NCBI GenBank assembly: GCA_964016885.1
Contig: OZ024741.1
Coordinates: 114,886,001-114,950,000, forward strand
DNA from: Eledone cirrhosa
Taxonomy: Eukaryota
DNA length: 64,000 bases
Reading direction: 5' to 3'
Shown here piece after piece: positions 1-15,299 of this stretch. The notes under the pieces are model-generated. The model was not told where the DNA came from and made no database searches. It saw only the letters and a program-made list of their open reading frames with translations. The translations under genes and the position numbers were made by a program. Every line of letters begins with the position of its first letter. The first letter of the stretch is position 1.

Positions 1-324
1 CATAGTCTGCGGACTTTTAAACAAATGGGTGATTTCTCTCGAAGTATCTTCTTATATATATATTTTTATCTTGTTTGGGAAATCATTCTTTGGCATGATA
101 ACATTCTCATCTACCCAATGTAATTTTGCAGACAACCACAGCATGTAATCTCATAAATTAGATTTTCAGAGATGCAGGTGAAATTTTCTTATACACTGAA
201 CATAAATCGCCAACAAGCTAAAAGAAATGTGATGAAAACACCAAACATGCACACACACACACAGACATATATATATATATGCATGTATGTGTATATATTT
301 ATGTCTTTACATGTATAAATTATG

Positions 325-420
<96 letters not shown>

Positions 421-423
<3 letters not shown>

Positions 424-672
424 AGTATGTATACGTACATACATATATGTGTACAGAGGCACAGTAGTATGTATATAAATACATACATGCACAGATATAT
501 ATATGTACGTATTTATTATAATGTTCGGTTTGTTTGTAAACAAACAGCCTGAATTACGCCGTACAGTGCACAGCGTCTGTACACATATATGTATGTACGT
601 ATACATACTTATATTTAGGTATCAGCCGTACTAAGAGTGAGAAATGAAATTTCGTTTCATTATTTTCCATTT
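421..672. repeat. Diverged, internally inverted fragment of the ~481-bp HHR repeat family (see 23173-25210)
   Basis: taagtatgtatacgtacatacatatatgt...gtttgtaaacaaacagcctgaatt resembles the 23238-23480 unit; tactaagagtgagaaatgaaatttcgtttc matches 24737-24770. Confidence 0.7.
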
Positions 673-717
673 ATATATATATATATATATATACACACAT
701 TATATATATATATATAT

Positions 718-1110
718 TAATAACTGCTCCTAGTCTGAGCTGAAAGCCGCCTCATATATACGACTGTTATTTCTAGCAGTACGGTTATGAGACTAGCTAG
801 ATACTGTTAAACCATGTGCGTCACGCAGTCTTTTAATTTATTTAGAAGTGAAGCATATCAATTTGTCCCTGGATGTTTACTGAGGAGTGCAGGACATGAT
901 ATTCCTACACTTATTTAACTCGAAACATATTTGGATTTTAAAGTTTAAACTTATCTACGGAACAGGTTTGATTTTGAAATTTAAATGTGTCTAAACATCA
1001 TAGCCTCTTGGCAATGCAGTTCGTCTTTGTTGATTTATTATTTTAAATCGATATGGACAAACTGTAGTATAATAATTAGTATACTTCAATCTGGCTAAAT
1101 TTTCTTTTGC
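718..1110 (+). repeat. Diverged copy of the non-coding repeat family at 48527-49787
   Basis: Shared blocks ctgttatttctagcag, aaccatgtgcgt and aaacttatctacggaacaggtttg...ttttgaaatttaaat with 49245-49640. Confidence 0.7.
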
Positions 1111-1299
1111 AATATATATACAGATGTGTTGGTATCTGTGTTTCATCACATACATATTAGTTTATATATATATATATACACATAGATACATATATATATA
1201 TTTATATGTATATATATAATTATATATATATATATATATATCACGATAAATTAACGGAGCCATAGATTCTCGTTATTCCCTGTCAATAATTGTATCTAC

Positions 1300-1456
1300 T
1301 TTTGGCACAAGGCCAGCAATTATACCAGTGTATTACTGGTACTTTATTTTATCGACCCCGTAAGGATGAAAGGCAAAGTTAACCTCGGCGGGATTTTAAC
1401 TCAATCTGTAAAGGGACGTAACTGTGCTGCAAAGCATGGCGTCCGACCCTCTACCG
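1300..1456 (-). mobile_element. tRNA-derived SINE with Meta-type central domain
   Basis: Reverse complement of gagtt[c]aaatcccgccgaggttaactttgcctttcatccttacggggtcgataaaataaagtaccag; same family as 35253-35437. Confidence 0.85.
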
Positions 1457-1729
1457 AAAATAATGTTCTCAAAGAAAAAGGAATCCCGAGCTCTTTAAAA
1501 TACAATATGTTGAAAAGATAACACACTAGAGAGAGATAGTGTGCCATCAATAAAACAGGGTAAACTACTAGTGTATGGATATATATATATATAAATGTGT
1601 GTGCGCGCGCGCGCGTGTGTGTGCTCGGTCGACGTCATTTTTAATCGGTTTGTGATTTGTTGCATTTCATTTAAATCTGAATAACTTCTAATTGCAGAAT
1701 ATTTGTTGTTGTGCACACTGTCTCCTAAA

Positions 1730-1792
<63 letters not shown>

Positions 1793-2216
1793 GGGGAGAG
1801 GGAGACGTAAATAAATATATTTACAGATCGAGATGTATTTAATTCTAAGTCGCCAGATAGCCAGCTATCTCAAGCATCAGAAAGCTGTATTTATGGTCGA
1901 TGAAAGTGGGGTTAAATGTTATCGCTTTAATTTAGAATCTGAATAAATATATACCGTGAATTATACATACATACATGTAATCTCTCTACCAAATATAATT
2001 TTGCAATCGGTATTAATCTTATCCCCCTCTAGAGAGCATAAGAACAACAATTGGACAGCCTCTTGTATACACAATCAATACTAAAATAGCCTACAGATTC
2101 AAAATTTAATTGATCTATCTATCTATCTTTCTATCTACTCAGTTAGCTACCATTAAATGCTTTTGGATATATATATATATTAATAAATAAATAAATATAT
2201 ATATATATATGGTATA

Positions 2217-2384
<168 letters not shown>

Positions 2385-2528
2385 ATAGGACTTTTATCAC
2401 CCCGAAACAATCAGTCGCAAGAGTGAAAGAAAATAAACCGCAGTAATACGCTGTTACGATATATATATATATATATCAGAATTAGCCGTCGAAACGGCTT
2501 GAGCTCAGCCGTCGGGGTCTTACTTACT

Positions 2529-2561
<33 letters not shown>

Positions 2562-2611
2562 TAACAGCGTATTACTGTGGTTTATTTTCTTATATTGTAT
2601 ATATATATATA

Positions 2612-3856
2612 TCTATATATATAAAACTGAGGTTGTCTGTCTGTCTATCGATTTTTGGCACACATCTCCTCTTAGAATCTCTCACGGAATTGCACCGAAA
2701 TTGCTATACTTGTACATTGAGCCCTAGCAAAGACATCGGAAAAAAATATTTCAAATTGACCCACCCTATCTGACGAAATCGAATATAATGTATCGATTTT
2801 TGAGCGTAAGTGATGAGTTATTTCCCTTTGTTCTGTTTACATTCAGCGTAGCGTCTTACGTTCTCTTTACATTTTCTGCGTGCAAAAATAAAAAAAATGA
2901 TTTCCCTTTGTTCTGTTTACATTCAGCGTAGCGTCTTACGTTCTGTTTACATTTTCTGCGTGCAAAAATTAAAAAAATTACGCTGGCAAAAATTAAAAAA
3001 ATTACGCTGGCTTTCTCAGCGTTTAAAATGACATTAACACAATACACGAACAGTTGTCGAGCCAGCAAAATTTTGACCTGCAAAATTCATCAGTTCGAAC
3101 ACTAAGCTTCCGTTTTGCTTCATTTCCATTTAAAAGCCTTTTAAAACAATATTTTTACTTGAAAACAAGTCTATTTAAAGACTACGTAAAACAAGCAAAT
3201 ATTTCGTAAAAAAAGCAAAAATTATATAAGTTTATTTAAAATATATGTATCTGTAAATTTCGTTAGGCGTGCAGACAGACAGTCGTGCAGACAGACAGTC
3301 GTGCAGACAGACAGTCGTGCAGACAGACAGTCGTGCAGAGAGGTGATATAGGCGTGCAGACAGACAGTCGTGCAGAGAGGTGATATAGGCGTGCAGACAG
3401 ACAGTTGTGCAGAGAGGTGATATAGGCGTGCAGACAGACAGTCGTGCAGAGAGTTGATATAGGCGTGCAGACAGATAGTCGTGCAGAGAGGTGATATAGG
3501 CGTGCAGACAGACAGTCGTGCAGAGAGGTGATATAGGCGTGCAGACAGACATAACTGATAATTTGGTTACGCTAATGTTTTTCTCTGCGTTGCAGTGTTT
3601 ACATTTTCGATCTTTGTTAATAAATAACCAGTGCAGTTTTTATCCCCAGCATCCTCTTTTGTTATAACATTCGGGTTATCGTTATGTTTTCTTAACTTCA
3701 TAAGGCATATTGTTGGTTGAGGGAATATTAATCAAAAACACCACATGCAAGTCTGCACAGTAGACACTACAGTTTTTAAGCCAAAAAAGAAACTTAACAT
3801 TGTAACTTTAACACAGCTACTGAGCGACCCCGAGCAACGGCGGGCTTTACTGCTAG
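2612..3856 (+). mobile_element. Non-autonomous Helitron-like element
   Basis: 5' end a|TCTATATATATAAAA followed by gtctgtctgtct; 3' GC hairpin cccg-agcaacgg-cggg (3829-3844) about 8 nt before CTAG|t; inserted between A and T with no TSD. Confidence 0.75.
3266..3550. repeat. 37-bp minisatellite preceded by 16-bp subrepeats, inside the Helitron
   Basis: Unit ggcgtgcagacagacagtcgtgcagagaggtgatata about 5.5 times; cgtgcagacagacagt about 4 times upstream. Confidence 0.92.
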
Positions 3857-4080
3857 TATACAATATAATAACAAATGGAAACTATATTTATAAAACCATA
3901 TTTATTTTATTATACATATTTCAAGGCCCACCAAGGCATATTATGGTGCGCTTTCATCATTTTATAAATATAGTTTCCATTTGTTAATATATTGTATATT
4001 TACTCCACTAAACTGTTGAGTGCTTTATATCAGTTATAAACATTTTTAAACTTGTTGAATCCCAACAAATTAAATATAAC
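3857..4080. mobile_element. Internally inverted PLE pseudo-LTR fragment with 5'-truncated HHR (family of 30640-30870)
   Basis: 3860-3960 is the reverse complement of the 30703-30800 region (tgatgaaagcgcacc...ccttgaaatatgtataataaaata); 3961-4080 matches 30766-30885 directly. Confidence 0.75.
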
Positions 4081-4834
4081 CTCTGCATATATATAGCATA
4101 TATATATATAGCATATATATATTAAATGCCCTTGACTAGATCGTCATTGAGCGCCCATCTTCGTGTGAAATGGAAAAAGAAAATATTAATACAGAGGGTG
4201 TTTCCTGTTTTCCTGTGGCATCAAACATAAGTAGAAATATCTTATCATAGATGAGCAATCGTTTTCTTTACAACCACAAACCTCAGAAGCTCTTCAATAA
4301 ATATTATGGGAGATGTTCGCTATAGCAGCATTCTTAGTTTTGATGGCGTGATTAACCATAAATCCAGAACAATGTTCGAATCAATATCGAAATCCAACTG
4401 CAATAACAACACCTGTTTCATTCATTGTTCTGATATATTGATCTAAATCACTGTCCGAAGAGTGTATTGATAAAACGTTATAAGAATCACAGAAAAGTAA
4501 TTGAAAAACGGTTATGGAAGACATACATAATCCTTTCAGGTGATAAACTAAAGAGAAAATAATAACGCTTTATCACTGTCTCATAACATTTGGAATTTGA
4601 AGGAGAATGGTAATGTGTGCAGTAGAGAAATCCATGAGTTAACAAACTAAACCTTTAAGAAATCAAATATTTTCCTTTTCCTGTTGACTGTTATCCATCG
4701 AACCCGATAAAGATTATATTTTGCTTCATTTGAAGATCGTTTAATGGATGCCTGTCATAATACTTGATTTTCATCCATGCACGAACAGAAGCACACGCGC
4801 ACACAGTTATATGTCAGCGTAAATATGTATGTAT

Positions 4835-5204
4835 GGGCGAAGGAACTCAGCAGAGTCAACGGCCATCCAAATAGTACTTTTTTTTTTAATCACCTGGGAG
4901 TGAAAGGACCCCAGTTGTTGTCACAACACATTTCTAAGAGAGAGAAACTCTGAAAAAAATCTGCAGCTTCGGAAGCATCCGATGATGTTGACCAATTCTC
5001 CTTTTCGGGTAGAGATTTCAATGCTCTGAGAGTGGGATTGGTCTAGTGCAAGGCCTTTCCTCACTTAAAAAAACCTTCAAAGCACAGGCATTGCTTATTC
5101 AAGTTACGTTACAGGTTCGTGTGGCTGGCCGTAGCCGAAAAGTGGATCATTTTCTGTAATCTGACAAGCGATTGCAATACTCTTAGCAGAGTTTGCAGCC
5201 ATCA
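4835..5204 (+). mobile_element. Degenerate RTE-derived non-autonomous element (family of 31465-32026)
   Basis: agagtcaacggccatccaaa, gagaaactctga, gcacaggcattgctt and terminal gagtttgcagccatca followed by a (TGTA)n tail, all shared with 31465-32026. Confidence 0.6.
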
Positions 5205-6299
5205 TGTATGTATGTATGTATGTATGTATGTATGTATGTATGTATGTATGTATGTATGTATGTATGTATGTATGTATGTATGTATGTATGTATGTATGTA
5301 TGGCTGTGTGTGGGTGTGCGTATGTGTGTATGTACATATGTATATGCTTCTCGTTATATTTCGTATTGTTTACAAATTTAAAGTCTGAGGAAAGGGTAGT
5401 ATCCGCTATCTCTGAAACACATGTAGCGTATTTAAAAGTAATATTAAATAAACACACACAAGCATGAGTACATATGCTCAAGTATACACATACACACATA
5501 TATATTTACATATGTATATTTAGACATATATATTTACATATGTATATATATATATATATATATAGGAATGAGAAATGGCGTGCTGCGTTGTTGCGAATGT
5601 GATACATATGAATTAAAAATAGAACAAGAAATCACGACTATCCATCATCAGTCATCTTCTGGCCATCATAGTTATTTCTTCGCATTTAGTCACAACGCCG
5701 CACGCCATTTGCATATTAGCAGGCTAGCTGATCAATCAGATCTGCATATTAGCAAATCCACTGATCAGTCAGATTTGCATATCAGCAGACTGGCCAGTCA
5801 GTTTCCTGTATACGAGCGATAAATGGCCGGCTTTGCCAAATTCAAATAAAAAAGTAAATTTCACTCTACATTGCTTCCAGTCAAATGCATTACACCTACA
5901 GGACAATATACCTCAACCACAGTGACATACTCTAGTATGGCCGGTCCACGCACCCCCAAGCATGTGTATCTTTTCAATAGAGAGTCCATACTCTCAACGT
6001 ATCCCATCTTGTAACATATTATATTGTCTGTATATTTTCTGTATATATCATGCTTCTCCTGTGTAATATCGTATACGCATACACATGCCTCATTCTTTTT
6101 ATATATCTCTATGGGACGTTATATCTATACCTTTAATATATTGCATGTTTATTTTTTATATACGTGTATATACGTATGTGTATATATGGATGTGTATATA
6201 TATATATATATGTAGATATATGTGTGTGTATATATATGTGTATGATTATATTGTTTATATATGTGCATGCTTATAACAAAATGCATCATTCATGGATGA

Positions 6300-7548
<1,249 letters not shown>

Positions 7549-7615
7549 TGAAGAGAAAAGAAACATTTAGATATAATTAGTAATAAAATGTATCATACCT
7601 AAACTGCTCCTAGAT

Positions 7616-7705
7616 TCCTCGACTACGTAGTTTCGTGGCATAAAAAAAAACAATACATCATAAAGATATAGAGTCCTTGCGAGGTCTGCTGACTTATTAA
7701 GAGGA
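7616..7705 (-). ncRNA. Type I hammerhead ribozyme, mutated core copy (UUAAUAA)
   Basis: Stem I UCCUC/GAGGA perfect; GAAA-CUACGUAG-UC; G5 changed to A. Confidence 0.6.
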
Positions 7706-8422
7706 TACCTCATTTTACTAGCCTCAAGAACGCGTCTACACGACGTGAGAAAGAATCCCAAAAGGCGGAGGGGGAGATAGTCACGCGATATAACGGTCGA
7801 GAAACAGAGCTAAGCCTCTTATAACCCCGAAGAAAATACCACGGAGGCGGAGGGGGTATTTATGTCGAAGCCGTAGAAGAGGTGGTGAAGGAGGCGAGAA
7901 GTATGAGTAATGGCAGCTTTCCAGCAGTCACCACACTTCAAAGATCACTCGACCAGGGGGAGTTATTAACAATATATTTAGAAACACACAGATACATGCG
8001 GACACACACATATACATGAATGCATCCACACCCAACCGTGAGTTAAGGGTGCCAACCTCACCGATGTTGCTCAATGAATGACCGGGACAGACCAATCCGG
8101 TTGAACTAGACTGAACCAGTATCAGAGTTAAAAATACATTATGAAGAGAGAAGAAACATTTAGATATAATTAGTAATAAAATGTATCATAAGTGTGGTGA
8201 CTGCTGGAAAGCTGCCATTACTCATACTTCTCGTCTCCTTCACCACCTCTTCTACGGCTTCGATATAAATACCCCCTCCGCCTCCGTGGTATTTTCTTCG
8301 GGGTTATAAGAGGCTTAGCTCTGTTTCTCGACCGTTATATCGCGTGACTATCTCCCCCTCCGCCTTTTGGGATTCGTTCTCACGTCGTGTAGACGCGTTC
8401 TTGAGGCTAGTAAAATGAGGTA

Positions 8423-8512
8423 TCCTCTTGATAAGTCGGCAGACCTCGCAAGGACTCTATATCTTTATGATGTATTGTTTTTGTTTATGCCACGAAACTA
8501 CGTAGTCAAGGA
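8423..8512 (+). ncRNA. Type I hammerhead ribozyme, U3:A8 core variant, long stem II
   Basis: UCCUC-UUGAUAA-GU(C)GGCA...UGCCAC-GAAA-CUACGUAG-UC-AAGGA; palindromic stem III; GUC cleavage triplet. Confidence 0.72.
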
Positions 8513-8743
8513 ATCTAGGAGCAGTTTAGGTATGATACATTTTATTACTAATTATATCTAAATGTTTCTTCTCTCTTCATAATGTATTTTTAACTCTGAT
8601 ACTGGTTCAGTCTAGTTCAACCGGATTGGTCTGTCCCGGTCATTTATTGAGCAACATCGGTGAGGTTGGCACCCTTAACTCACGGTTGGCTGTGGATGCA
8701 TTCATGTATATGTGTGTGTCCGCATGTATCTGTGTGTTTCTAA

Positions 8744-8840
<97 letters not shown>

Positions 8841-9041
8841 ATACTTGGGGAGGGTCATATTTGTATAATATTGCTAGAATTAATAACAGAACACACTCAC
8901 TGTTTGGTTGGTTTTCACTTTTCGCCTCTGTGTCTTTTATATCGGTAATCTAATTTATTCGGTCCTCAATGTTGCCATTGACTGACCGACTGTCAAAAAT
9001 AATACAGATACAATATAGACACAAACACATATATATAGTTT

Positions 9042-9083
9042 ATCAAAGTTCTTTCGTTGCACATCTGCAACATCGTCAGTGGT
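9042..9083 (-). ncRNA. Minimal type I HHR in the 3' pLTR
   Basis: ACCA-CUGACGA-U-GUUGCA-gaug-UGCAAC-GAAA-GAAC-UU-UGAU (one stem I mismatch). Confidence 0.7.
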
Positions 9084-9367
9084 GCTATTGTTTCCTCCCG
9101 TTACATTGTATGTCTACGCCATTTTTATTTAGTCTGTCTATATATTTATTTATTTATTTGTTTGTTTGTTTATTTTATTTTGTCTTCTTTGCGCATGCGT
9201 TTGCGTGTGTGTATAGTGTTTTGTTTGATGTGTGTTCGTGATTGTATTCTATGTATTCTATGTATTCTATCTTTACTAGTGTGTGTTTATATGTGTTTGT
9301 TGTTATTGTGCTTGTGTATGTATTTATTTATTTATTTATCTATTTATTTATTTATTTATTTATTTAT

Positions 9368-12300
9368 TTATACTTCTCTTAGGTCAGTGTTGTTTGTTTG
9401 GGTGTTGTTGTTATTCCATTCATTCTTTCTGTTTAGTCTTGGCCTTCTAAGTTCTATTTCACTGGCCTCTCTGATTTGCCTATCTGCTGGGTCATTTCTA
9501 TGTTTAGATATTATTCTAATTTCTATGTTGTCTATGTTACCGTCTTTTTGTTGTCTGGCATGTTCGTATAGTATTGACCCGTTTTTTCGTCCTTTTAGTT
9601 CCCCCCAGTGTTGGTCTATCCTTTCACCTATGCTACGAGCTGTCTCGCCTATGTATGTTGTTGTCATGTTTCTGCAAATAACCTCTGTACATCTCATGCT
9701 ATAGACTACGTTTCTAGTTTTACAGTTTATCCGGGGATTTACCTTACACATGATACATTTCCTATTAGTACAGTGGGTTTTCTTAAAAGGGTAGGTTTTG
9801 CTGATCAGGGATTTTATGGTGGTTCCTGGCTTTTCTACCACCTTAATCTTTAAGTGGGTCTTTCTCAGGGCCTTTCTACACTGGTTAGCTAATTTCCCTC
9901 CAGGGGTAGCGTCCACAAACATGACACTTTAGTATCTCTGGTTGTCGTATCATGAGGTCGCTTTCCCTGTCTTATGTCTAGTCCTATCTAAGCTATTCCA
10001 TGATTTGCTCCTGTATAATGGGCAAATTCCTTTCATGTCTAGTTCTATGAGGGTCTTATACTTCTCCATGGCTCCTTCGTATACTCTGACTCTGTCTCTT
10101 TGGTTGTAGCCATAGAACTGCATGCGGTTGATGAAGTGTTGGATGTGTCTTTCCATTTCTGTTGGGTGGCACATGCGGGACACATTCTTCATCACTCGTA
10201 CCAAATCTGCGATCAGAATATTAAACTTAGCACTACTGGACATTGCTGAGTTTTTGAGTATCAGGTATTTGGAGGCCATGGGTTTAGCATTGTGTGAGTG
10301 GAGAATTTGGGCTCTCTCGTCAATAGTGTTAATCCAGAGTTCCGTGTCTAATACAGGTAGTCTATTGTTAGGGTGTTTGGAAGGGAAGTCGATAGTTACA
10401 GTTATACTCTGGTGTATGGAATTAGCTATCTGCTGGATGCTTTCCATTGTGCTACGTTATAAATCAAACTTGTTAGTGCTCTCTAGTGGGGATGTTCTTA
10501 TAACTATATTGATATCGTCTACGTAACGAGAGTACATGATGAGGTCTATGGAGCTCTCATTAAGGAGATCTTTAAGTCTCCTTTCCCACCATACCATGAA
10601 AAGGTTGGCAACATCACCAGCTATGCTGACGCCAATGGCTGCTCCCTCATTTTGGGTGTAGATCTCGTTGAACTTGAATATGTGGCCCTTTAGGGTAGTT
10701 TTGATACTAGCCCCTATTGCATGTGCGACCATTTTTCTTACCTGATCATTGTTTTAGGGGGTCCGTATAGCTTTGGTCCACCCAATCCACCTTCCCATGG
10801 GAGTCTTTTTTGCCATTGAGGTTATGGTGGGGGGTCTACCCCTTATGGGTCTACTAGGGCAGAAACCGTCTAAGGCCATGGCTGTCTAGGTAGTCAGTGT
10901 CGTAGGTAAGTCTAAGTAGGAGGCCCAGTTCGTCTGTGTCGACGTCACACAACTCTACCTCACTCTCAATGATCATCTCCACACATTTTTCCACAGCAAA
11001 ATCAATGTTAATGGATGGGTACAGTGATACCACATCCATGCTGCCTATTATGCAGTTGGATAGGTTCCTGTTTTTGTTGCACTCACTGATTCTGCTGAGG
11101 AGGTCCTCTGTACTGTCACATACATCTGGGGACATCTTGATTATGGGGCGCATAACCATTGAGAGGAAGTAGGAGATCCTGTAGTTGATAGCTATATTAG
11201 CTCTGCATACGGGTCTACTTGGTCGTCCTGTTGTCGAGTCGTCGACTGTCTTGTGGTCTTTGCGGAGCCCATACAAGGGTGGTATGCCATTGTTAGACGC
11301 CTGAAGTTGTTGGCAGTGCGTCTTATTGGCTTTAGGATGTCAGTCCACATCATCATGTGAGCGTTGAGGATTTTCTTTCTCCCATCATGTGGTTGCTGTG
11401 CAATTTCGCTCGTGTTGGTGATGTGGGGTTGCATAGCCTTGATGTAGTTCGGCATGCTATCTATTGACATCCTACCAGACTTATCCGTGGGTAGACATTC
11501 TACCTCACCATCCCTTGTGTGCTGCTTGAGGCAAACCAAGCCTTCTACAGGTTTCCTCCCAAGTTGTTGGGCCTCTGGTCTGCTCTGTCTCTTAGTATAC
11601 CGGTCTACTATTTGTCTAATCTTATTTCTAGCTATGGTGAACTGTGCCTCTGTCTCGTCATCTATTTGTTGTGGTATGCAAACTCTTTTATTAAAGGGTA
11701 ACCTCGTAGGATAGATATTACCCATCTTATATGTTTTGTCAGCTGGGTTGAAAAATAGTTTCTCTAAGAGGTTGTCATTATATCTATCGTCATAGTTGTG
11801 TGTGTTGCTATTATTGTTATCATGGTGGTTGTTGTTGTTCCTATCATTAGCATTATTATCAAATCCCGCCGAGGTTAACTTTGCCTTTCATCCTTACGGG
11901 GTCGATAAAATAAAGTACCAGTAATGTACTGGGTAATTGCTGGCCTTGTGCCTAAAGTAGAAACAATTATTATTATTGTTATGATTGCTAGATGTATTGT
12001 TGTTTACTTCACCGTTATTGTTGTTGTTACTGTTATTTCTACCATTGTGGTTGTTACTGTTGTGTCTATCTTTAATATTGCTACATGTATTATTTCCATT
12101 ATTACCACTATGGTTATTGTTGTTGTTGTTCGTATTGTTACTGTTATTACTACTGTGGTCGCTGCTGCTGTGTCTGTGGTTAATGTTTCTATTATTATTA
12201 TTATTGTGGTTGTTGTTGTTGTTCTGTCTATCGTTAGTATTATTACCATTATTACTATTTCTCACTCTCCTGCTATTGTTATTGTTATGGCTGTTATTTC

Positions 12301-13012
12301 TATACTCAGAGTTATTGTTCATATTACTACTACCGTTATTGTTGTTGTTGTTGTTGTTGTTGTTTACTTTTGCATTCCAACGTATTTTTGTGAAACACTT
12401 TTCCAGCTCCGTTTTGTACTCAATAGGGTTAATCTTTTTGTAGATGGCAAATTTTGGTGGTAGCTGCAGGATTTGTTGTTCTTGTTCACTGATTAAAGTG
12501 TTCCCATAAATATTTACTGTGTGGTCATTGGTAAATTCTTCCGGTAGTTTTACATCCGTCATACGGATATTGTTGATGTTATCTGGGTATTTTTGAGAAT
12601 ATTCTATTTTCCTTTCTTGTAGTTTTTTCTTATTCATCCATTCTAATTTCTTATTGAAATGCCTATTGCATTCGTTTCAGGCGTATTTCGTTTCACGTCG
12701 GATGACGCTCATGAAGTCATCCCTTTCGTTCGGTGTGGTGAGATTTTGGACTTCCTTACCGTTAATGCGTTTCTGTCTGTAAAGTTCGTACACTTTTGTG
12801 TATGTTGTTCTTTCCATATTAACTGTTATTGTGTGTTTTAGTCGTTCAGCTTGTGTTTTGTTCAATAATAAATTATTTACTTGTTTTGATATGTTTGTTG
12901 TGTATATTTTGGAGGAAACACAGTGTTTTAAGAAGTGGGTTTGTTCTGTTGTTATTGTAGTTTTTTTATAACAGAAAACAGTGTCTTTCAATAACCTTTC
13001 AGCTTGGCACAA
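9368..13012 (-). pseudogene. Fragmented PLE RT plus GIY-YIG endonuclease ORF
   Basis: Consecutive minus-strand ORFs 12677-13012, 11894-12637, 11192-11725, 10854-11276, 10457-10732, 9950-10447, 9368-9922. Confidence 0.88.
11860..11967 (+). mobile_element. 5'-truncated Meta-domain SINE inside the PLE
   Basis: caaatcccgccgagg...ggggtcgataaaataaagtaccag...cctaaagtagaaacaatt. Confidence 0.88.
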
Positions 13013-13289
13013 GCTAATGCCATAACGGCGATGAATTAGTTTTGCGAGGTTTTTTTATATGAAATCGTGTGTCGAAACAAATATTGTTATACTTGGGGAG
13101 GGTCATATTTGTGTAATATTGCCAGAATTAATAACAGAACACACTCACTGTTTGGTTGGTTTTCGCTTTTCGCTTCTGTGTCTTTTATATCGGTAATCTA
13201 ATTTATTCGGTCCTCAATGTTGCCATTGACTGACCGACGGTCAAAAATAATACAGATACAATATAGACACAAACACATTTATATAGTTT

Positions 13290-13331
13290 ACCAAAGTTCT
13301 TTCGTTGCACATCTGCAACATCGTCAGTGGT
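13290..13331 (-). ncRNA. Minimal type I HHR in the 5' pLTR
   Basis: ACCA-CUGACGA-U-GUUGCA/UGCAAC-GAAA-GAAC-UU-UGGU. Confidence 0.78.
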
Positions 13332-13447
13332 GCTATTGTTTCCTCCCGTTACATTGTATGTCTACGCCATTTTTATTTAGTCTGTCCATATATTTAATTA
13401 TTTATTTGTTTGTTTGTTTATTTTATTTTGTCATCTTTGCGCATGCG

Positions 13448-13520
<73 letters not shown>

Positions 13521-13552
13521 CATATATATATATACATATATATGTGTATATA

Positions 13553-13628
<76 letters not shown>

Positions 13629-13734
13629 GAATTCCAACTTTGTTTGATTTAATCGTTTTATTTACAATCCTTTAAAATTTATAATGGTATTATAATGAAA
13701 TAGTATGATAGAATATTAAATGTTAAGTGTTAAT

Positions 13735-13773
13735 TGAACAAGTACTTTCATGCTTTCGCAATCGTCAGGTTCA
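13735..13773 (-). ncRNA. Minimal type I HHR
   Basis: UGAAC-CUGACGA-U-UGC-gaaa-GCA-U-GAAA-GUAC-UU-GUUCA. Confidence 0.8.
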
Positions 13774-14164
13774 TAATGTGTGGTGACAGTCAAGTTTGCA
13801 ATTTTCAACTGTAATGAGATGGGTAAATTTTGTACCTTATATACAGTTAAAGGTGGCTCCAGAATGCTAAATCTTGCAAACTGTATTTCGACCAATCGGT
13901 GTGTAGTTTCACTGAATCACTAAAGCTGATTGGTTTAGTCGGCATGGTTGGTTGAGCATGTCTAACGACCACTAATTGATCCTATCCAAAGCATCAATTG
14001 TTTTGCTATTTTTAGAAATGATGAAAATAGCATTTTCTAGTAATCATCACCATCAACATCACTTTTATTATTATTATTATTGTTGTTGCTGTTGTTAGTG
14101 GTCGTAGTCGACATGGTTGGAGTCATAGTCATAGTAGGAGTAATCCCCCATTATTATTGTTCAT

Positions 14165-14337
14165 GCAGTATCGGTAGAGAGTCAGACGCCATGCTTTCCA
14201 GCATAGTTACGTCCCTTTACGCTCTGAGTTCAAATCCCGCCGAGGTTGATTTTGCCTTTCGTACTTACGAGGTCGACAAAATAAAGTACCAGAAATGCAC
14301 TGGGTAATTATTGGCCTTGTGCCTAAAGTAGAAACAC
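14165..14337 (+). mobile_element. Meta-domain SINE with TSD
   Basis: B-box gagttcaaatcc plus Meta-like domain; ttattgttcat on both sides; absent from the sister arm at about 16230. Confidence 0.9.
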
Positions 14338-15299
14338 TTATTGTTCATATAGCTGGGTTTGAATTTATCAATAAAATTCTTTTCTTTGATTTTTCTCTTG
14401 ATTTCACTTGGACTGTGTAATTTGTACAATGGGAATACTATAGATATTCCCCGACCACATGTTTCTAGATGGTTACTTAGGCGTATCTGACGGACATTTG
14501 GTTCTCTGATTTGCTGTCGGTGTACCCCTAAACGTTCCGATAGTGCATTTCCAGTTTGACCGACATATAATTCTTCACAATTCGGGCATTTAATGCAGTA
14601 AATTAGATTTCTGATTTTGCAGTTCATATTTGCATTTGGCAATATTTTTCCAGTTTTTGTTTTCATATATTGACCGGCGTGTATAGATTGACATGTGCCG
14701 CATCGACTATCATTGCATTTAGATACAGTAAATGATTGGTCTTTGTTGTTAAGGTCAAACTTTGCTTTTGTTAGTAATTGCTTCAAATTTTTCGGCTGTC
14801 TTTTACTAAGAGTCAAAGATCGAACTGTGATTAAGCCTTTTAATTCATTACTTTGAGCAATGATCGGTAGGTTTGCTTTGGCAGTGTTGAAGATATTCTG
14901 GTGACATGGGTTGTTCTGTTAGGCGTTTGTACCTGGTATTCGTATCTTCTACAATGGTACAAATTCTTCTGGCTAGGCAGTATGGGATGTTGCGTTTTGT
15001 ATGAGGTGGATGGCACGACTTAAAATTCAGATATTGATGGGTGTGACACAACACTTTCTTCTTCAATGGAAAGAATTACATCCAAATTAGAGGCACAGCC
15101 ATGGGAACGAAGTTTGCTTCCGTTTACGCAAATTCTGTAATGGGATACTTAGAACAACAACTTTAGAAAGTACATTGAAAAATCTTGGAAGAGATACCTT
15201 GACGACTGTTTCATCATCTGGACAGAATCTCTAGATACTCTGGATGAGTTCAATATCCTCCTGAATAACCTACACCCATCTCTCCAATTCACAAAAGAG

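Larger units (their letters stand above)
8833..13448 (-). mobile_element. Near full-length degenerate Penelope-like retroelement with direct pseudo-LTRs
   Basis: Direct repeats at about 8833-9200 and 13081-13448; ORF pieces carry YGLRKDHK, SMDVVSLYPSI, QNEGAAIG, YSRYVDD, LPVLD and GIY-YIG NVVYSMRC...YIGET...GLN-like; Asn-rich N-terminal region; frameshifts and a SINE insertion. Confidence 0.92.

Noticed and set aside
3266-3550. 37-bp repeats as CRISPR or as the 106-aa repeat protein
   Set aside because: Head-to-tail minisatellite without spacers, inside a Helitron-like element
11924-12463. Hydrophobic Val/Leu-rich membrane-protein-like ORFs
   Set aside because: Antisense reading of the PLE's (AAC/AAT)n Asn-rich tract
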